A DNA stretch of 64,000 nt from Patescibacteria group bacterium (lineage in GTDB: Bacteria; Patescibacteriota; Minisyncoccia; Phycocordibacterales; UBA9973), in assembly GCA_038063515.1 (NCBI GenBank), contig JBBTUY010000001.1, positions 10,972-74,971 of the forward strand, in the 5' to 3' direction. Positions 29,613 through 39,286 of the stretch are shown here, in pieces (the first letter of the stretch is position 1; the number at the start of each line of letters is the position of its first letter). The translations under genes and the position numbers were made by a program. A model generated the notes under the pieces. That model was not told where the DNA came from, ran no database searches, and saw only the letters and a program-made list of their open reading frames with translations.

Positions 29613-30851
29613 ATGATGAAGTCAGATAAAAAGAAAATAACTAGAAATAAAAAAACTCGAGAAAAGAAAGTTGTTTTTGTGGGTCTCTCTGGGGGCGTAG
29701 ATAGTGCTGTTTCGGCTAGCCTATTACTTCAGTCTGGGTATGAAGTAGTGGGAGTTTTCATTAAAACTTGGCACCCTGATTTCTTAGAATGCAACGAAGA
29801 AGAAGAGAGGCGTGACGCTATGCGTGTGGCAGCACACCTAGACATCCCATTCCTTACTTTTGATTTTGAAGATGTTTATAAAAAGGAAGTTGCGGACTAT
29901 ATGATAAGAGAGTATAGGCTAGGTCGTACTCCAAATCCCGATGTGATGTGTAACAAAGAAGTAAAATTTGGAGCATTTTTACAGAAGGCACTTTCTATGG
30001 GGGCAGACTATGTGGCGACGGGCCACTACAGTCAGATCAGCGAAGTTGGAAATGACTTTTTATCAGGTCCTCGGTTCTCTGGGTCCCTATCCCGGCCAGA
30101 CCATGCTAAAAAGTATTTCCAACTTTGCCAGAGCTCGGATCCTTCAAAAGACCAAAGTTATTTTCTCTGGACTTTAAAACAAGAACAGATATCTAAAATA
30201 ATTTTTCCTATAGGCAGTTTTAAGAAAATTGAAGTGAGGAAATTAGCAAAGAAATTCAACCTACCTGTTGCCGAAAAGCATGACAGTCAAGGCATATGTT
30301 TTTTGGGCGATATAGATTTAAAAGAATTTTTAAAACATTATATTAAAGAAAAGAGAGGTAAAGTTTTAAATGATACAGGTGAGGAGATAGGGTATCACGA
30401 TGGCGTGGTTTTCCATACACTCGGAGAACGTCATGGATTTACTATTACTAAAAAGAGCACAAATGATGGACGATACTATGTAGTTAGTAAAGATGTAAAG
30501 AAAAATACTTTGATTGTTAGCCAAGAAAAAAATATGCTTCTTTCTCACGGCTCGCACTTCATCTTGAATATGGATGACCGAGCTTTGGTAGCGAATGCCG
30601 AAGAAAGAACATATTTTAATCTTGGCTTAGAAAATGTAAATTGGATTTCTCAAATTCCAGAAGAAAATAAAATCTATAAAGCCCAGATACGATATCATGG
30701 GGAATTTTTACCATGCAAAATAAAATGTTTAACACCGAGTGTTGAACAAAACACAGAAATTATTTTTGAGAAGCCTGTTTTAGTTGCACCTGGGCAGTCT
30801 ATAGTTCTCTACGACAAAGACGTTTGCCTGGGTGGCGGAGTTGTGAGATAA
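29613..30851 (+). CDS. mnmA: tRNA-specific 2-thiouridylase with three palindromic segments
   Basis: GLSGGVDSAVS, TPNPDVMCNKEVKFG, ATGHY, KDQSYFL, DSQGICFLG, APGQS. Confidence 0.95.
   Translation: MMKSDKKKITRNKKTREKKVVFVGLSGGVDSAVSASLLLQSGYEVVGVFIKTWHPDFLECNEEEERRDAMRVAAHLDIPFLTFDFEDVYKKEVADYMIREYRLGRTPNPDVMCNKEVKFGAFLQKALSMGADYVATGHYSQISEVGNDFLSGPRFSGSLSRPDHAKKYFQLCQSSDPSKDQSYFLWTLKQEQISKIIFPIGSFKKIEVRKLAKKFNLPVAEKHDSQGICFLGDIDLKEFLKHYIKEKRGKVLNDTGEEIGYHDGVVFHTLGERHGFTITKKSTNDGRYYVVSKDVKKNTLIVSQEKNMLLSHGSHFILNMDDRALVANAEERTYFNLGLENVNWISQIPEENKIYKAQIRYHGEFLPCKIKCLTPSVEQNTEIIFEKPVLVAPGQSIVLYDKDVCLGGGVVR
30040..30128. repeat. In-frame palindromic element 1 inside mnmA (related to the iscS element)
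   Basis: Arms GCGAAGTTGGAAAT / ATTTCCAACTTTGC; shared core TTTTT-TCAGGTCCTCGG. Confidence 0.85.
30519..30627. repeat. In-frame palindromic element 2 inside mnmA
   Basis: AGCCAAGA..AAAATATG.TTCTTTCT..CGGC.TCGC pairs with GCGA..GCCG.AGAAAGAACATATTTT..TCTTGGCT. Confidence 0.8.
30726..30748. repeat. Short REP-like palindrome inside mnmA
   Basis: TGTTTAACAC-CGA-GTGTTGAACA; related copy at 44712-44734. Confidence 0.72.
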
Positions 30852-30858
30852 TGTATTT

Positions 30859-31320
30859 ATGTCTCAATTTTTAATACAAAATGGTCCTATAATTTTAAAA
30901 TTATTTATAGCTGCTGGTTTAGGTATGCTTATAGGTTTAGAGAGGGTCTTAGTACATAAAGAAGCAGGTATGAAAACCCACGCACTGGTCTCTCTTGGTG
31001 CAGCTGTTTTTATAATTATTTCCGAATTAATAGCTGTAAAATACGCAATAACAGGCGGGCTCGATCCAAGTCGTGTTGCTTCACAGATAATAGTAGGTAT
31101 TGGATTTTTAGGTGCAGGGTCAATAATTTTACAAGGTAATAAACTTATGGGACTCACTACTGCGGGCGGTCTTTGGGTCACAGCAGGTATTGGTATGGCT
31201 GCTGGTTTTGGATTTTATTCTCTAGCTATCATGACTACAATAATTGTACTTTTCATATTAATAGTTGTGTACTTATTTGAAAAACCTATTCGTGAAAGAT
31301 ACAATGATGCAATCAAGTGA
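30859..31320 (+). CDS. MgtC/SapB family membrane protein
   Basis: IGLER..AGMKTHALV, DPSRVASQIIVGIGFLGAG, GLTTAGGLW. Confidence 0.9.
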   Translation: MSQFLIQNGPIILKLFIAAGLGMLIGLERVLVHKEAGMKTHALVSLGAAVFIIISELIAVKYAITGGLDPSRVASQIIVGIGFLGAGSIILQGNKLMGLTTAGGLWVTAGIGMAAGFGFYSLAIMTTIIVLFILIVVYLFEKPIRERYNDAIK

Positions 31321-33046
31321 AATAAGAAATAGATTTTTAAAATTTTTTGAAAATAGGGGACATAAAATAATTCCTTCGGCTTCTCTCGTGCCCGAGAATG
31401 ATCCCTCAGTACTCTTTAATACTGCAGGCATGCAGCCACTCGTGCCGTATCTTTTAGGACAGGATCACCCTATGGGTAAAAGGATTGCTGATGTTCAGAA
31501 GTGTGTACGTACAGGAGACCTAGATGACATAGGTGACAATAGACATTTTTCTTTTTTTGAAATGATGGGAAACTGGTCACTTGGGGATTATTTCAAAGAA
31601 GATGCGATAAAGTGGAGTTACGATTTTTTAACTTCCAAGGAAGAGGGTCTAGGCTTAGATGTAAAAAGACTTTATGTTACAGCATTTGAAGGAGATGAAA
31701 ATGCCCCCAAGGATATAGAATCAAGAGATATTTGGAAAAGTTTAGGAATACCGGAAAACAGAATTTATTTCTTACCCGCAGAGGACAATTGGTGGAGTCC
31801 AGGAGACAATGGCCCATGTGGACCTTGTAGCGAAATGTTTTATGATATGACTGGTAATGTTGGGGATCTTTCCCATGAGGAGTTTCTAGATGCCACAAAT
31901 AAAGAAACAGTCATAGAAATATGGAATGACGTCTTTATGGAATACGAAAAGAAAGACGGAAAGGTTATAGGTAAATTAAAGCAGAAAAATGTAGACACAG
32001 GTGCCGGACTTGAGCGTATCACAGCAGTAATGCAAGGTAAACAAACTGCGTATGATACTGATTTATTTGATGGTATTTTAGATTTAATAAAAAGTAAATC
32101 TAAGGATTTTGATGGAAAGAAAGCAAGAATTATAGCTGATCATATGCGAACAGCACTTTTTCTTGTGTCTGATGGAGTTATTCCTTCAAATAAAGATAGA
32201 GGATACGTTTTACGTAGATTACTGCGACGTGCGGGTACAAGAGCCCAACAAATGGGCCTCACAACCTCTGATTTAATTGAAGTTTCTAATATATATAGAG
32301 AAAAATACAAAGAAGCATATCCAAATATACATAATAGTAAAAATAATGAGATGCTTGTAGAGGAGTTGAATAAATTTAATCAAACACTGGTTTCCGGCTT
32401 AAAAGAATTTGAAAAAGGTACAGATGTATTTATTTTAGCAACTACATACGGCTTTCCTGTTGAGCTCACTGTTGAGCTTGCTAAGGAAAATGGAAGAGAG
32501 ATTGATCTCGAAGACTTTAATAAAAAAATGTCTGAGCACCAGAGACTTTCACAGACTGCGTCAGCAGGTATGTTTAAGGGAGGGCTTGCAAATCACAACG
32601 AAAAGACTGTAAAGTTACACACTGCTCACCATTTGCTTCTCGCGGCCCTTCAGAATGTTGTCAGTAAAGAAGTAAGACAAAGAGGAAGTAACATTACCGA
32701 AGAGCGTCTTCGTATAGATTTTCTCTGTGACCATAAATTAACAGATGAAGAGAAGCAAAAAGCGGAAGATTTAGTAAATGATAAAATATCTCAAGGCTTA
32801 AACGTAGTACGTAGAGAGATGTCAAAAGATGAAGCCTTGCGTATAGGTGCTGAGATGGAGTTTGGTGCAAAATATGCTGACCAGGTCTCTGTATATTTTA
32901 TTGAAGATAAAGATGGTAATGTCTTTTCAAAAGAATTCTGTGGTGGTCCGCACGTTTCTAATACAAAAGAGCTTACAAAATTTAAAATTCAAAAAGAAGA
33001 AGCAGTTGCTCAAGGAATAAGGAGAATAAAGGGTGTACTTTTGTAG
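31307..33046 (+). CDS. alaS: Alanine--tRNA ligase (compact, no C-Ala domain)
   Basis: LFNTAGMQPL, FFEMMGNWS, VDTGAGLER, HTAHHLL, EFCGGPHV. Confidence 0.95.
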   Translation: MQSSEIRNRFLKFFENRGHKIIPSASLVPENDPSVLFNTAGMQPLVPYLLGQDHPMGKRIADVQKCVRTGDLDDIGDNRHFSFFEMMGNWSLGDYFKEDAIKWSYDFLTSKEEGLGLDVKRLYVTAFEGDENAPKDIESRDIWKSLGIPENRIYFLPAEDNWWSPGDNGPCGPCSEMFYDMTGNVGDLSHEEFLDATNKETVIEIWNDVFMEYEKKDGKVIGKLKQKNVDTGAGLERITAVMQGKQTAYDTDLFDGILDLIKSKSKDFDGKKARIIADHMRTALFLVSDGVIPSNKDRGYVLRRLLRRAGTRAQQMGLTTSDLIEVSNIYREKYKEAYPNIHNSKNNEMLVEELNKFNQTLVSGLKEFEKGTDVFILATTYGFPVELTVELAKENGREIDLEDFNKKMSEHQRLSQTASAGMFKGGLANHNEKTVKLHTAHHLLLAALQNVVSKEVRQRGSNITEERLRIDFLCDHKLTDEEKQKAEDLVNDKISQGLNVVRREMSKDEALRIGAEMEFGAKYADQVSVYFIEDKDGNVFSKEFCGGPHVSNTKELTKFKIQKEEAVAQGIRRIKGVLL

Positions 33047-33078
33047 TATTTATATCAATCTTTTGATATAATTTACTT

Positions 33079-34263
33079 ATGGGATTTTTTGGTGAAACTA
33101 AAACAAATGAAGAATTAATATTAGTTTTTGATATCAGGTCTTCTTCTGTCGGAGCAGCTTTTTTTTATACTGATAAGAACCAAAAAAGTAGAATTATTAT
33201 GTCTGTATCTGAGCCCATCCCTGCTGAGGACAAGGGAGACATAGACAGATTTCTTTTTCTTACTATGAAAGCACTCGAAGTAGTAGTTGGTCGCATCATA
33301 GTCAAAGGTTTAGGTGCACCAGACAAGATTTTTTGTGTTCTATCTCTACCATGGTACATATCAGAGTCCCGTGTTGTTAGCCTTAAAAAAGATACACCAT
33401 TTTTATTTACTCCCAAAGTCGCTGATAGTTTGATTGAGCAAGAAGTTGCTTTAGTAAAAGAGAAATATTTGAAAATGTACACAGATATCGGTGATAGTTT
33501 GCGTAGTATTGAACTTAAAAATGTTAAGATAACTATGAATGGTTATGAGGTATCAAATCCTATAAATAAACACGCTAAAGAAGTTGAGATGAATTTATTT
33601 ATTTCACTAAGTGCTGAGAAAATATGTAAGAAAATAGAAGAAACGATAGCCACACATTTCTCATCTAGGCAAATAAAGTTCTCGCCTTTTTCTATGGCTG
33701 CATTTTCTGTAGTACGAGATATATTTAGTGACTTTCTTGTTATCAATATAGGCGGAGAAATCACAGATATATCTATGGTAAAGGGCAGTACATTACGTGA
33801 ATCCATCTCCTTTCCCATCGGAACAAATTCTATGACCCGTGGTGTTGCATCGAGTATGAAATGTACTCTCGATGAAGCACGATCCTTTGTATCTATTTTT
33901 AAAGATAGTCATGCTTCACCTAGCCTCATTGCAACACTAGAGCCCATAATGAAGAAATTAAAAGCAGAATGGCTTGTAAAATTTCAAGAATCTTTAGCAA
34001 ATATTTCTAATGACATTTCTGTACCAGCCCTTTTGTATATCACGATAGATAGTGATCTAGAAGAATTGTTTAGAGAATTAATAACCACAGAACAATTTAA
34101 CCAGTATACACTTACAGAATCCAAGTTTCAGCTTGTCTTTTTAAATATCGAAACATTGCGCAATTTTATAGTATTTGAAAGAGATGTACCTTTCAATTCA
34201 TATCTGGTGATAGATGCTATTTATATTAATCATTTTTTAACCAATCCTAAAACATATGCCTAA
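33079..34263 (+). CDS. FtsA/PilM-like actin-fold protein (degenerate)
   Basis: LVFDIRSSSVGA and FLVINIGGEITDIS phosphate-loop-like motifs. Confidence 0.65.
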   Translation: MGFFGETKTNEELILVFDIRSSSVGAAFFYTDKNQKSRIIMSVSEPIPAEDKGDIDRFLFLTMKALEVVVGRIIVKGLGAPDKIFCVLSLPWYISESRVVSLKKDTPFLFTPKVADSLIEQEVALVKEKYLKMYTDIGDSLRSIELKNVKITMNGYEVSNPINKHAKEVEMNLFISLSAEKICKKIEETIATHFSSRQIKFSPFSMAAFSVVRDIFSDFLVINIGGEITDISMVKGSTLRESISFPIGTNSMTRGVASSMKCTLDEARSFVSIFKDSHASPSLIATLEPIMKKLKAEWLVKFQESLANISNDISVPALLYITIDSDLEELFRELITTEQFNQYTLTESKFQLVFLNIETLRNFIVFERDVPFNSYLVIDAIYINHFLTNPKTYA

Positions 34264-35548
34264 AAATCAAATTCAAGATATGGTAAAAGTGAAGAGTATA
34301 AGGAATATTCCGAAGAGGCATCACACGGAACAGAAAAAAGTCTCACCACGTCCTCTAGAAGTCAGACAACACCATATTAGAAAAGAAGAATATTTTGAAC
34401 CAAAAAAAGGGGGAAATTCTAAATACAGCTTGTGGTTTGTTTCTATTGTTCCCATATTATTTTTTATTTTTGCCATATCGTATCTCTTTACTAGAGCAGA
34501 GGTAACAGTCGAGCCTAAAACTCAAAATTTAGTTTTAAGTCAAAGCTTGTCAGCTATTAAAAATTCTACTACTGAAGATCTAGGGTTTAATTTAGTCATT
34601 ATTTCTGGAGAAGAGGAAGAGAAAGTATTAGGAAAAGAAGAAAAAGACGTAGCCCTAGCTTCTAAGGGAACTGTGTTTGTCTACAATTCTTTTAGCTCGG
34701 CTCCCCAGAAGCTTCTGATTGATACAAGGCTCGAAGGGTCAAATGGTAAAATATATAAAACAGCATCTGCTTTCACAGTGCCAGGTATGGCAAAAGACGG
34801 CACTCCAGGCAAAGTACAGGTTTCCATATACGGAAGTGAGCCCGGACCAGAATATGATGATAAACCGCTTGATTTTAAAATCTTTGGTTTTAAAGGTACA
34901 CCCAAATACGAGAAATTTTATGCACGAAGTGAGGGAAACATAACAGGAGGATTTATAGGCAAGTCACCCGTCATTTCTGACGACGATAAAATAGCCTCAA
35001 TTAACACTCTAAAAGATAAACTAGGAGCAAAGCTTTTACAAAAGGCAGGAGATCAGATACCAAGTGGATTTATTTTATTTAAAAATGCATTTTATCTAAA
35101 TATAGACGAAGAGAAATTTGACGTAGATAGTAACAACGAACCAGTTCTAAAGGTCAAAGGCACCTTGTATGGAATACTCTTCAATGAGCAAGATCTCACT
35201 AAGAAAATTGCAGAAAGTAATATAAAGAAATACGATGGAAGTGAAATTTATATTCCTGGTATACGTGACCTCACCTTTAACCCTGGTAATGGTGGCATAT
35301 TAACTTCAAATATTGCTCTTACAGAGAGGCTGGATTTCAATCTAACTGGAAATACAAAGCTTGTATGGAAAGTTGATCAAGCTAAGCTCACAAAGGATCT
35401 CGCAGGTAAATCTAAAAAAAGCTTTGGCCAAACTCTCGGAGAATATCCAAACATAGAGTCTGCAAATTTGTCGATAAGCCCATTTTGGTCTAGGTCTATT
35501 CCGAGCAAGACAAAATACATCAAGGTTGTAATTGACGACACTAAATAA
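34256..35548 (+). CDS. Membrane-anchored protein with a baseplate J-like region
   Basis: TM then ASKGTVFVYN..QKLLIDTRL..GKIYKT..EPGPEY..ITGG. Confidence 0.55.
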   Translation: MPKNQIQDMVKVKSIRNIPKRHHTEQKKVSPRPLEVRQHHIRKEEYFEPKKGGNSKYSLWFVSIVPILFFIFAISYLFTRAEVTVEPKTQNLVLSQSLSAIKNSTTEDLGFNLVIISGEEEEKVLGKEEKDVALASKGTVFVYNSFSSAPQKLLIDTRLEGSNGKIYKTASAFTVPGMAKDGTPGKVQVSIYGSEPGPEYDDKPLDFKIFGFKGTPKYEKFYARSEGNITGGFIGKSPVISDDDKIASINTLKDKLGAKLLQKAGDQIPSGFILFKNAFYLNIDEEKFDVDSNNEPVLKVKGTLYGILFNEQDLTKKIAESNIKKYDGSEIYIPGIRDLTFNPGNGGILTSNIALTERLDFNLTGNTKLVWKVDQAKLTKDLAGKSKKSFGQTLGEYPNIESANLSISPFWSRSIPSKTKYIKVVIDDTK

Positions 35549-35605
35549 TTAATATTTTTCACCTATTGACCATATTTTTAATTCTGGTAGAATACATAGA
35601 TATAA

Positions 35606-35839
35606 ATGAGTGATAATAAAAATGAAAAACTTGAAACAGTTAGGGGAGTAGTCACAGAAGCTTTACCCTCAACATTGTTTCGAGTAGAAATTAAAGAGAA
35701 AGAAGGCGACGCAAAAGAAATTCTTGCTTACTTGTCTGGAAAGATGCGCATGCACAGAATTAAAGTTTTAATTGGGGATTCGGTTGAGGTCGTACTTGAC
35801 CCATATGGAGGCAAAGGACGCATTGTGAAGAGATTTTAA
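35606..35839 (+). CDS. infA: Translation initiation factor IF-1
   Basis: GVVTEALPSTLFRV, LAYLSGKMRMHRIKVLIGD, GRIVKRF. Confidence 0.95.
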   Translation: MSDNKNEKLETVRGVVTEALPSTLFRVEIKEKEGDAKEILAYLSGKMRMHRIKVLIGDSVEVVLDPYGGKGRIVKRF

Positions 35840-35957
35840 AGAAACACTTGTATTTTTTTTATAATAGTGTATCATAGTATGTACAGTTTTTAAAACATTT
35901 ATAGCGTTTAAAAATAAAGGTTTTTTCCTTTATTTTGTGTTTTACGTCAAATATTTT

Positions 35958-36068
35958 ATGAAAATCAAATCAGCAGTAAAGAAAATATGTCACAATTGTA
36001 AAATGGTCAAAAGAGCTAGGCATTTAAGGATTATTTGTGTGAATCCTAAGCATAAACAAAAACAATAA
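35958..36068 (+). CDS. rpmJ: 50S ribosomal protein L36 (not in ORF track)
   Basis: Manual translation [36 protein letters not shown], between infA and rpsM. Confidence 0.95.
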   Translation: MKIKSAVKKICHNCKMVKRARHLRIICVNPKHKQKQ

Positions 36069-36070
36069 TT

Positions 36071-36451
36071 ATGAGAATCCTTGGAATTACGGTACCAAAT
36101 GAAAAGAGACTTGAATTTAGCTTGACTGTTATCTACGGTATTGGGCTTTCTACTGCAAGAAAAATAATAGACAACGTAGGCATAGATAGAGGTATAAAGG
36201 CACAAGACTTAACTCCTGAACAAGAGAACAAAATTCGCGTTGTTATAGAAAGTATGACAATCGAAGGAAATTTAAAAAGAGAGATTTCAAGTAACATTAA
36301 GAGATTGAAAGATATTAAAAGTTATCGTGGTACAAGGCACATGAAAAGACTGCCTGTGCGAGGTCAGCGAACTAAAACAAATTCTAGAACAGTGAGAGGA
36401 AATGTTCGAAAGACAATGGCTTCTGGAAAGAGAAAAGAAAGTAAGACATAA
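36071..36451 (+). CDS. rpsM: 30S ribosomal protein S13
   Basis: LTVIYGIG, YRGTRHMKRLPVRGQRTKTNSRT. Confidence 0.96.
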   Translation: MRILGITVPNEKRLEFSLTVIYGIGLSTARKIIDNVGIDRGIKAQDLTPEQENKIRVVIESMTIEGNLKREISSNIKRLKDIKSYRGTRHMKRLPVRGQRTKTNSRTVRGNVRKTMASGKRKESKT

Positions 36452-36455
36452 TTTT

Positions 36456-36884
36456 ATGGTAAAGACTAAGACAACAACAGAATCCGTGGAAGAGAAAGTA
36501 GTTGAAGAGAAGGCAGTCTCTAAAGCTCAGAAAAAGAAAATAAGTTCTGGTGTTTTACACATTGAGGCTACTTTCAACAACACAAAGGTTCTTTTTTCAG
36601 ATAAGGCTGGTAACACTTTATTTTGGTCAAGTTCAGGCTCACTTGGTTTTCGTGGAGCAAAGAAGGGTACTCCTTTCGTAGCTTCTAAGATAGGTGACCT
36701 TATAGGAGGAAAAGCAGCAATGATAGGAGTTAAGGATGCTGATGTTGTAGTTTTAGGAGTTGGATCAGGTCGCGAACCAGCTATAAGAGCTTTCATGGCT
36801 CATGGTATACAGATAAATGCCATTACAGACAAGACTCCGGTTCCTCACAATGGACCAAAAGCTAAGAAGCCTAGAAGAGTTTAA
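36456..36884 (+). CDS. rpsK: 30S ribosomal protein S11
   Basis: ATFNNT, GFRGAKKGTPF, DKTPVPHNG; start moved to ATG 36456. Confidence 0.96.
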   Translation: MVKTKTTTESVEEKVVEEKAVSKAQKKKISSGVLHIEATFNNTKVLFSDKAGNTLFWSSSGSLGFRGAKKGTPFVASKIGDLIGGKAAMIGVKDADVVVLGVGSGREPAIRAFMAHGIQINAITDKTPVPHNGPKAKKPRRV

Positions 36885-36896
36885 TTTTTAAAAAAA

Positions 36897-37496
36897 ATGA
36901 TATCCAAACCAAAGTTTAAAATTTGTAGAAGATTAGGACCAGGTGTGTATGACAAATGTCAGACTACTAAGTTTTCGACTTCAACTAAAGGCAGCATGGG
37001 CAACAAGCGTCCTAAGGCTCTCTCTGAATACGGCACTCAGTTTTTAGAAAAACAAAAAGTTAGACTTTCATACGGTGTATCTGAAAGACAGCTATCAAAC
37101 TACGTTAAAAAAGCAACAGCAATAAAGGGAACTCATACTACAGAAAAGTTTTATGAAGATCTTGAGTCTCGCTTAGACAACGTTATTTATAGAACTGGTC
37201 TCGGATCTACAAGACGTGCAAGTCGCCAAATGGTTTCTCATGGACACTTCTTAGTAAATGATCGCAAAGTGACTATACCTTCATACGAAATGAAAGTAGG
37301 TGATGTGATCAAGATTCGTGAAGGTTCTAAGAGTAGTAAATTATTTACTGATCTCGCTGCAAAGCTTAAGGATCACGTAGCACCTACTTGGATTTTTTTT
37401 GATATAAACAAGATGGAGGGAAAGGTGCTCGCAAAAGCTAAAAATGTAGAGACTTTCCTCAATTTAAATGCTGTCCTCGAATTCTATAGTCGTTAA
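36897..37496 (+). CDS. rpsD: 30S ribosomal protein S4
   Basis: SEYGTQFLEKQK, LESRLDNVIYR, RQMVSHGH, EFYSR. Confidence 0.96.
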   Translation: MISKPKFKICRRLGPGVYDKCQTTKFSTSTKGSMGNKRPKALSEYGTQFLEKQKVRLSYGVSERQLSNYVKKATAIKGTHTTEKFYEDLESRLDNVIYRTGLGSTRRASRQMVSHGHFLVNDRKVTIPSYEMKVGDVIKIREGSKSSKLFTDLAAKLKDHVAPTWIFFDINKMEGKVLAKAKNVETFLNLNAVLEFYSR

Positions 37497-37542
37497 TTTG
37501 TAAATTTATTTATTATTAAAAATTTAACTTTTTTATAAAATT

Positions 37543-38517
37543 ATGCCTGAATATAAAATAATTATGCCTTCAAAGCCAAACGTTGTTTTGGAAGATGGTA
37601 ATAAGGGAGTATTTGAAATAGACGGCCTCTATCCTGGGTACGGACATACACTAGGAAATAGTTTAAGAAGAATCATTTTGTCTTCACTTCCAGGTCATAG
37701 TATCACATCTATTAAAATAGATGGTGTTTCTCATGAGTTTCAGACTATCGATGGAATAAAAGAAGATGTAATTGTAATGATTTTGAATTTGAAAAAGACT
37801 AGATTTAGAATGACATCTGATGAACCTCAGACAGTTACACTTTCTGTAAAAGGACCAAAAGAAGTTACAGCAGCTGATATAAAAACAACAGGACAAGTAG
37901 AAGTATTAAATCCTGAGAACCACATAGCTTCTGTGACAGGAAAGGTGAATTTAAATATTGAACTTCTCATAGAGAAAGGCTTAGGTTTTATTTCAAAAGA
38001 AAATTTCCACAAAGAAAAGGTGGACGTTGGTACTATCGCTGTCGATGCTATCTTTACTCCTGTAAGACGTGTGTCTTATGAAGTAGAGAACATGCGTGTA
38101 GGTGACAAGACTAACCACAACAGACTTAGAATTTCTATAGAAACAGATGGAACTCTATCTCCACGTGAAGCCCTCACAAGATCAATAGAAATAATGATAA
38201 ATCAGCTTAAAGCTATTGTTGATTTTAAGGAACCTGAAGAAGAAACAGAAGAAGAAGTTTCTAATACAAAAGTAGCAAAAGAAGAAAAGAATGAAAAGAG
38301 CGACGCTGATTTTGCCGATGTTTTAAAGACTCGTACAGAAGACCTTGATTTCTCTACTCGAACATTGAACGCTCTAACTTCTGCAAACGTTCGAACTCTT
38401 GGAGGACTTGCTCGAAAAAAGAGAGAAGACCTTTTGGAGATAGAAGGTATCGGAGAGAAGGGAATTACTGAGATTAAAAAGATGTTGAATAAATTTAATT
38501 TAAATTTAAAAGATTAA
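37543..38517 (+). CDS. rpoA: RNA polymerase subunit alpha
   Basis: GYGHTLGNSLRRIILSSLPG, DAIFTPVRRVSYEVE. Confidence 0.97.
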   Translation: MPEYKIIMPSKPNVVLEDGNKGVFEIDGLYPGYGHTLGNSLRRIILSSLPGHSITSIKIDGVSHEFQTIDGIKEDVIVMILNLKKTRFRMTSDEPQTVTLSVKGPKEVTAADIKTTGQVEVLNPENHIASVTGKVNLNIELLIEKGLGFISKENFHKEKVDVGTIAVDAIFTPVRRVSYEVENMRVGDKTNHNRLRISIETDGTLSPREALTRSIEIMINQLKAIVDFKEPEEETEEEVSNTKVAKEEKNEKSDADFADVLKTRTEDLDFSTRTLNALTSANVRTLGGLARKKREDLLEIEGIGEKGITEIKKMLNKFNLNLKD

Positions 38518-38518
38518 T

Positions 38519-38872
38519 ATGAGACACCATAACGCTAATAGAAAATTTGGTAGAACGAAGACACAAAGGAGAGCACTCTTAAACTCTTTAGCATTCAACC
38601 TCATAACACGTGAGAAAATAAAGACTACACTACCTAAAGCAAAAGAACTACGACCTTTCGTTGAAAAGATAGTAACTCATGCAAAGAAAGGAGACATAGC
38701 AAGTAGGAGACTCGTAGTCTCTAAGCTTGGTGCTGGTAGTCGCGAGATTAAAAAGCTTTTTGAAGTTATAGCGCCAAAATACGAAAAGAAAAGTGGTGGC
38801 TATACAAGGATTTTAAAATTAGGAGTGAGAAAGTCTGACGGTGCACCTATGGCTGTCATAGAATTTGTATAA
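38519..38872 (+). CDS. rplQ: 50S ribosomal protein L17
   Basis: MRHHNANRKFGR, IKTTLPKAKELR, GGYTRI. Confidence 0.96.
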   Translation: MRHHNANRKFGRTKTQRRALLNSLAFNLITREKIKTTLPKAKELRPFVEKIVTHAKKGDIASRRLVVSKLGAGSREIKKLFEVIAPKYEKKSGGYTRILKLGVRKSDGAPMAVIEFV

Positions 38873-38909
38873 TTTTTGACAATAGTTTAGTATGATTTAA
38901 TATCGAAAT

Positions 38910-39275
38910 ATGAAAAAAGAAAACACAAAAGAAATAAAGACGATAGATGCAGAAGGACGAACTCTCGGCCGTGTGGCTTCAGAGGTCGCTATGTCTTTAA
39001 TGGGTAAGACAAAGGCTACATTTGAGCGTCATGTGTATTCTGGTTTTCCTGTTAAAGTTGTAAATGCTTCTAAATTAAAGATCACTCCTAAGAAGCTCGC
39101 TGAGATTTATCACACTCGCTACTCTGGTATCCCAGGAGGTTTGAGGATACTTTCAGGTACTTTCACGAAAGAGACAAAAGGCTTAAAAGAGCTTATTAGA
39201 CTTGCTACATACCAAATGCTTCCTGACAACAAGATCCGCCGAACTATGATGAAAAATCTAAAGATAGAAGATTAA
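38910..39275 (+). CDS. rplM: 50S ribosomal protein L13
   Basis: IDAEGRTLGRVAS, VVNASK, YSGIPGGL, MLP. Confidence 0.93.
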   Translation: MKKENTKEIKTIDAEGRTLGRVASEVAMSLMGKTKATFERHVYSGFPVKVVNASKLKITPKKLAEIYHTRYSGIPGGLRILSGTFTKETKGLKELIRLATYQMLPDNKIRRTMMKNLKIED

Positions 39276-39286
39276 TTTAAATATAT

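Noticed and set aside
34256-35548. Prophage
   Set aside because: Only an isolated baseplate-J-like similarity; no integrase, terminase, capsid or tail genes
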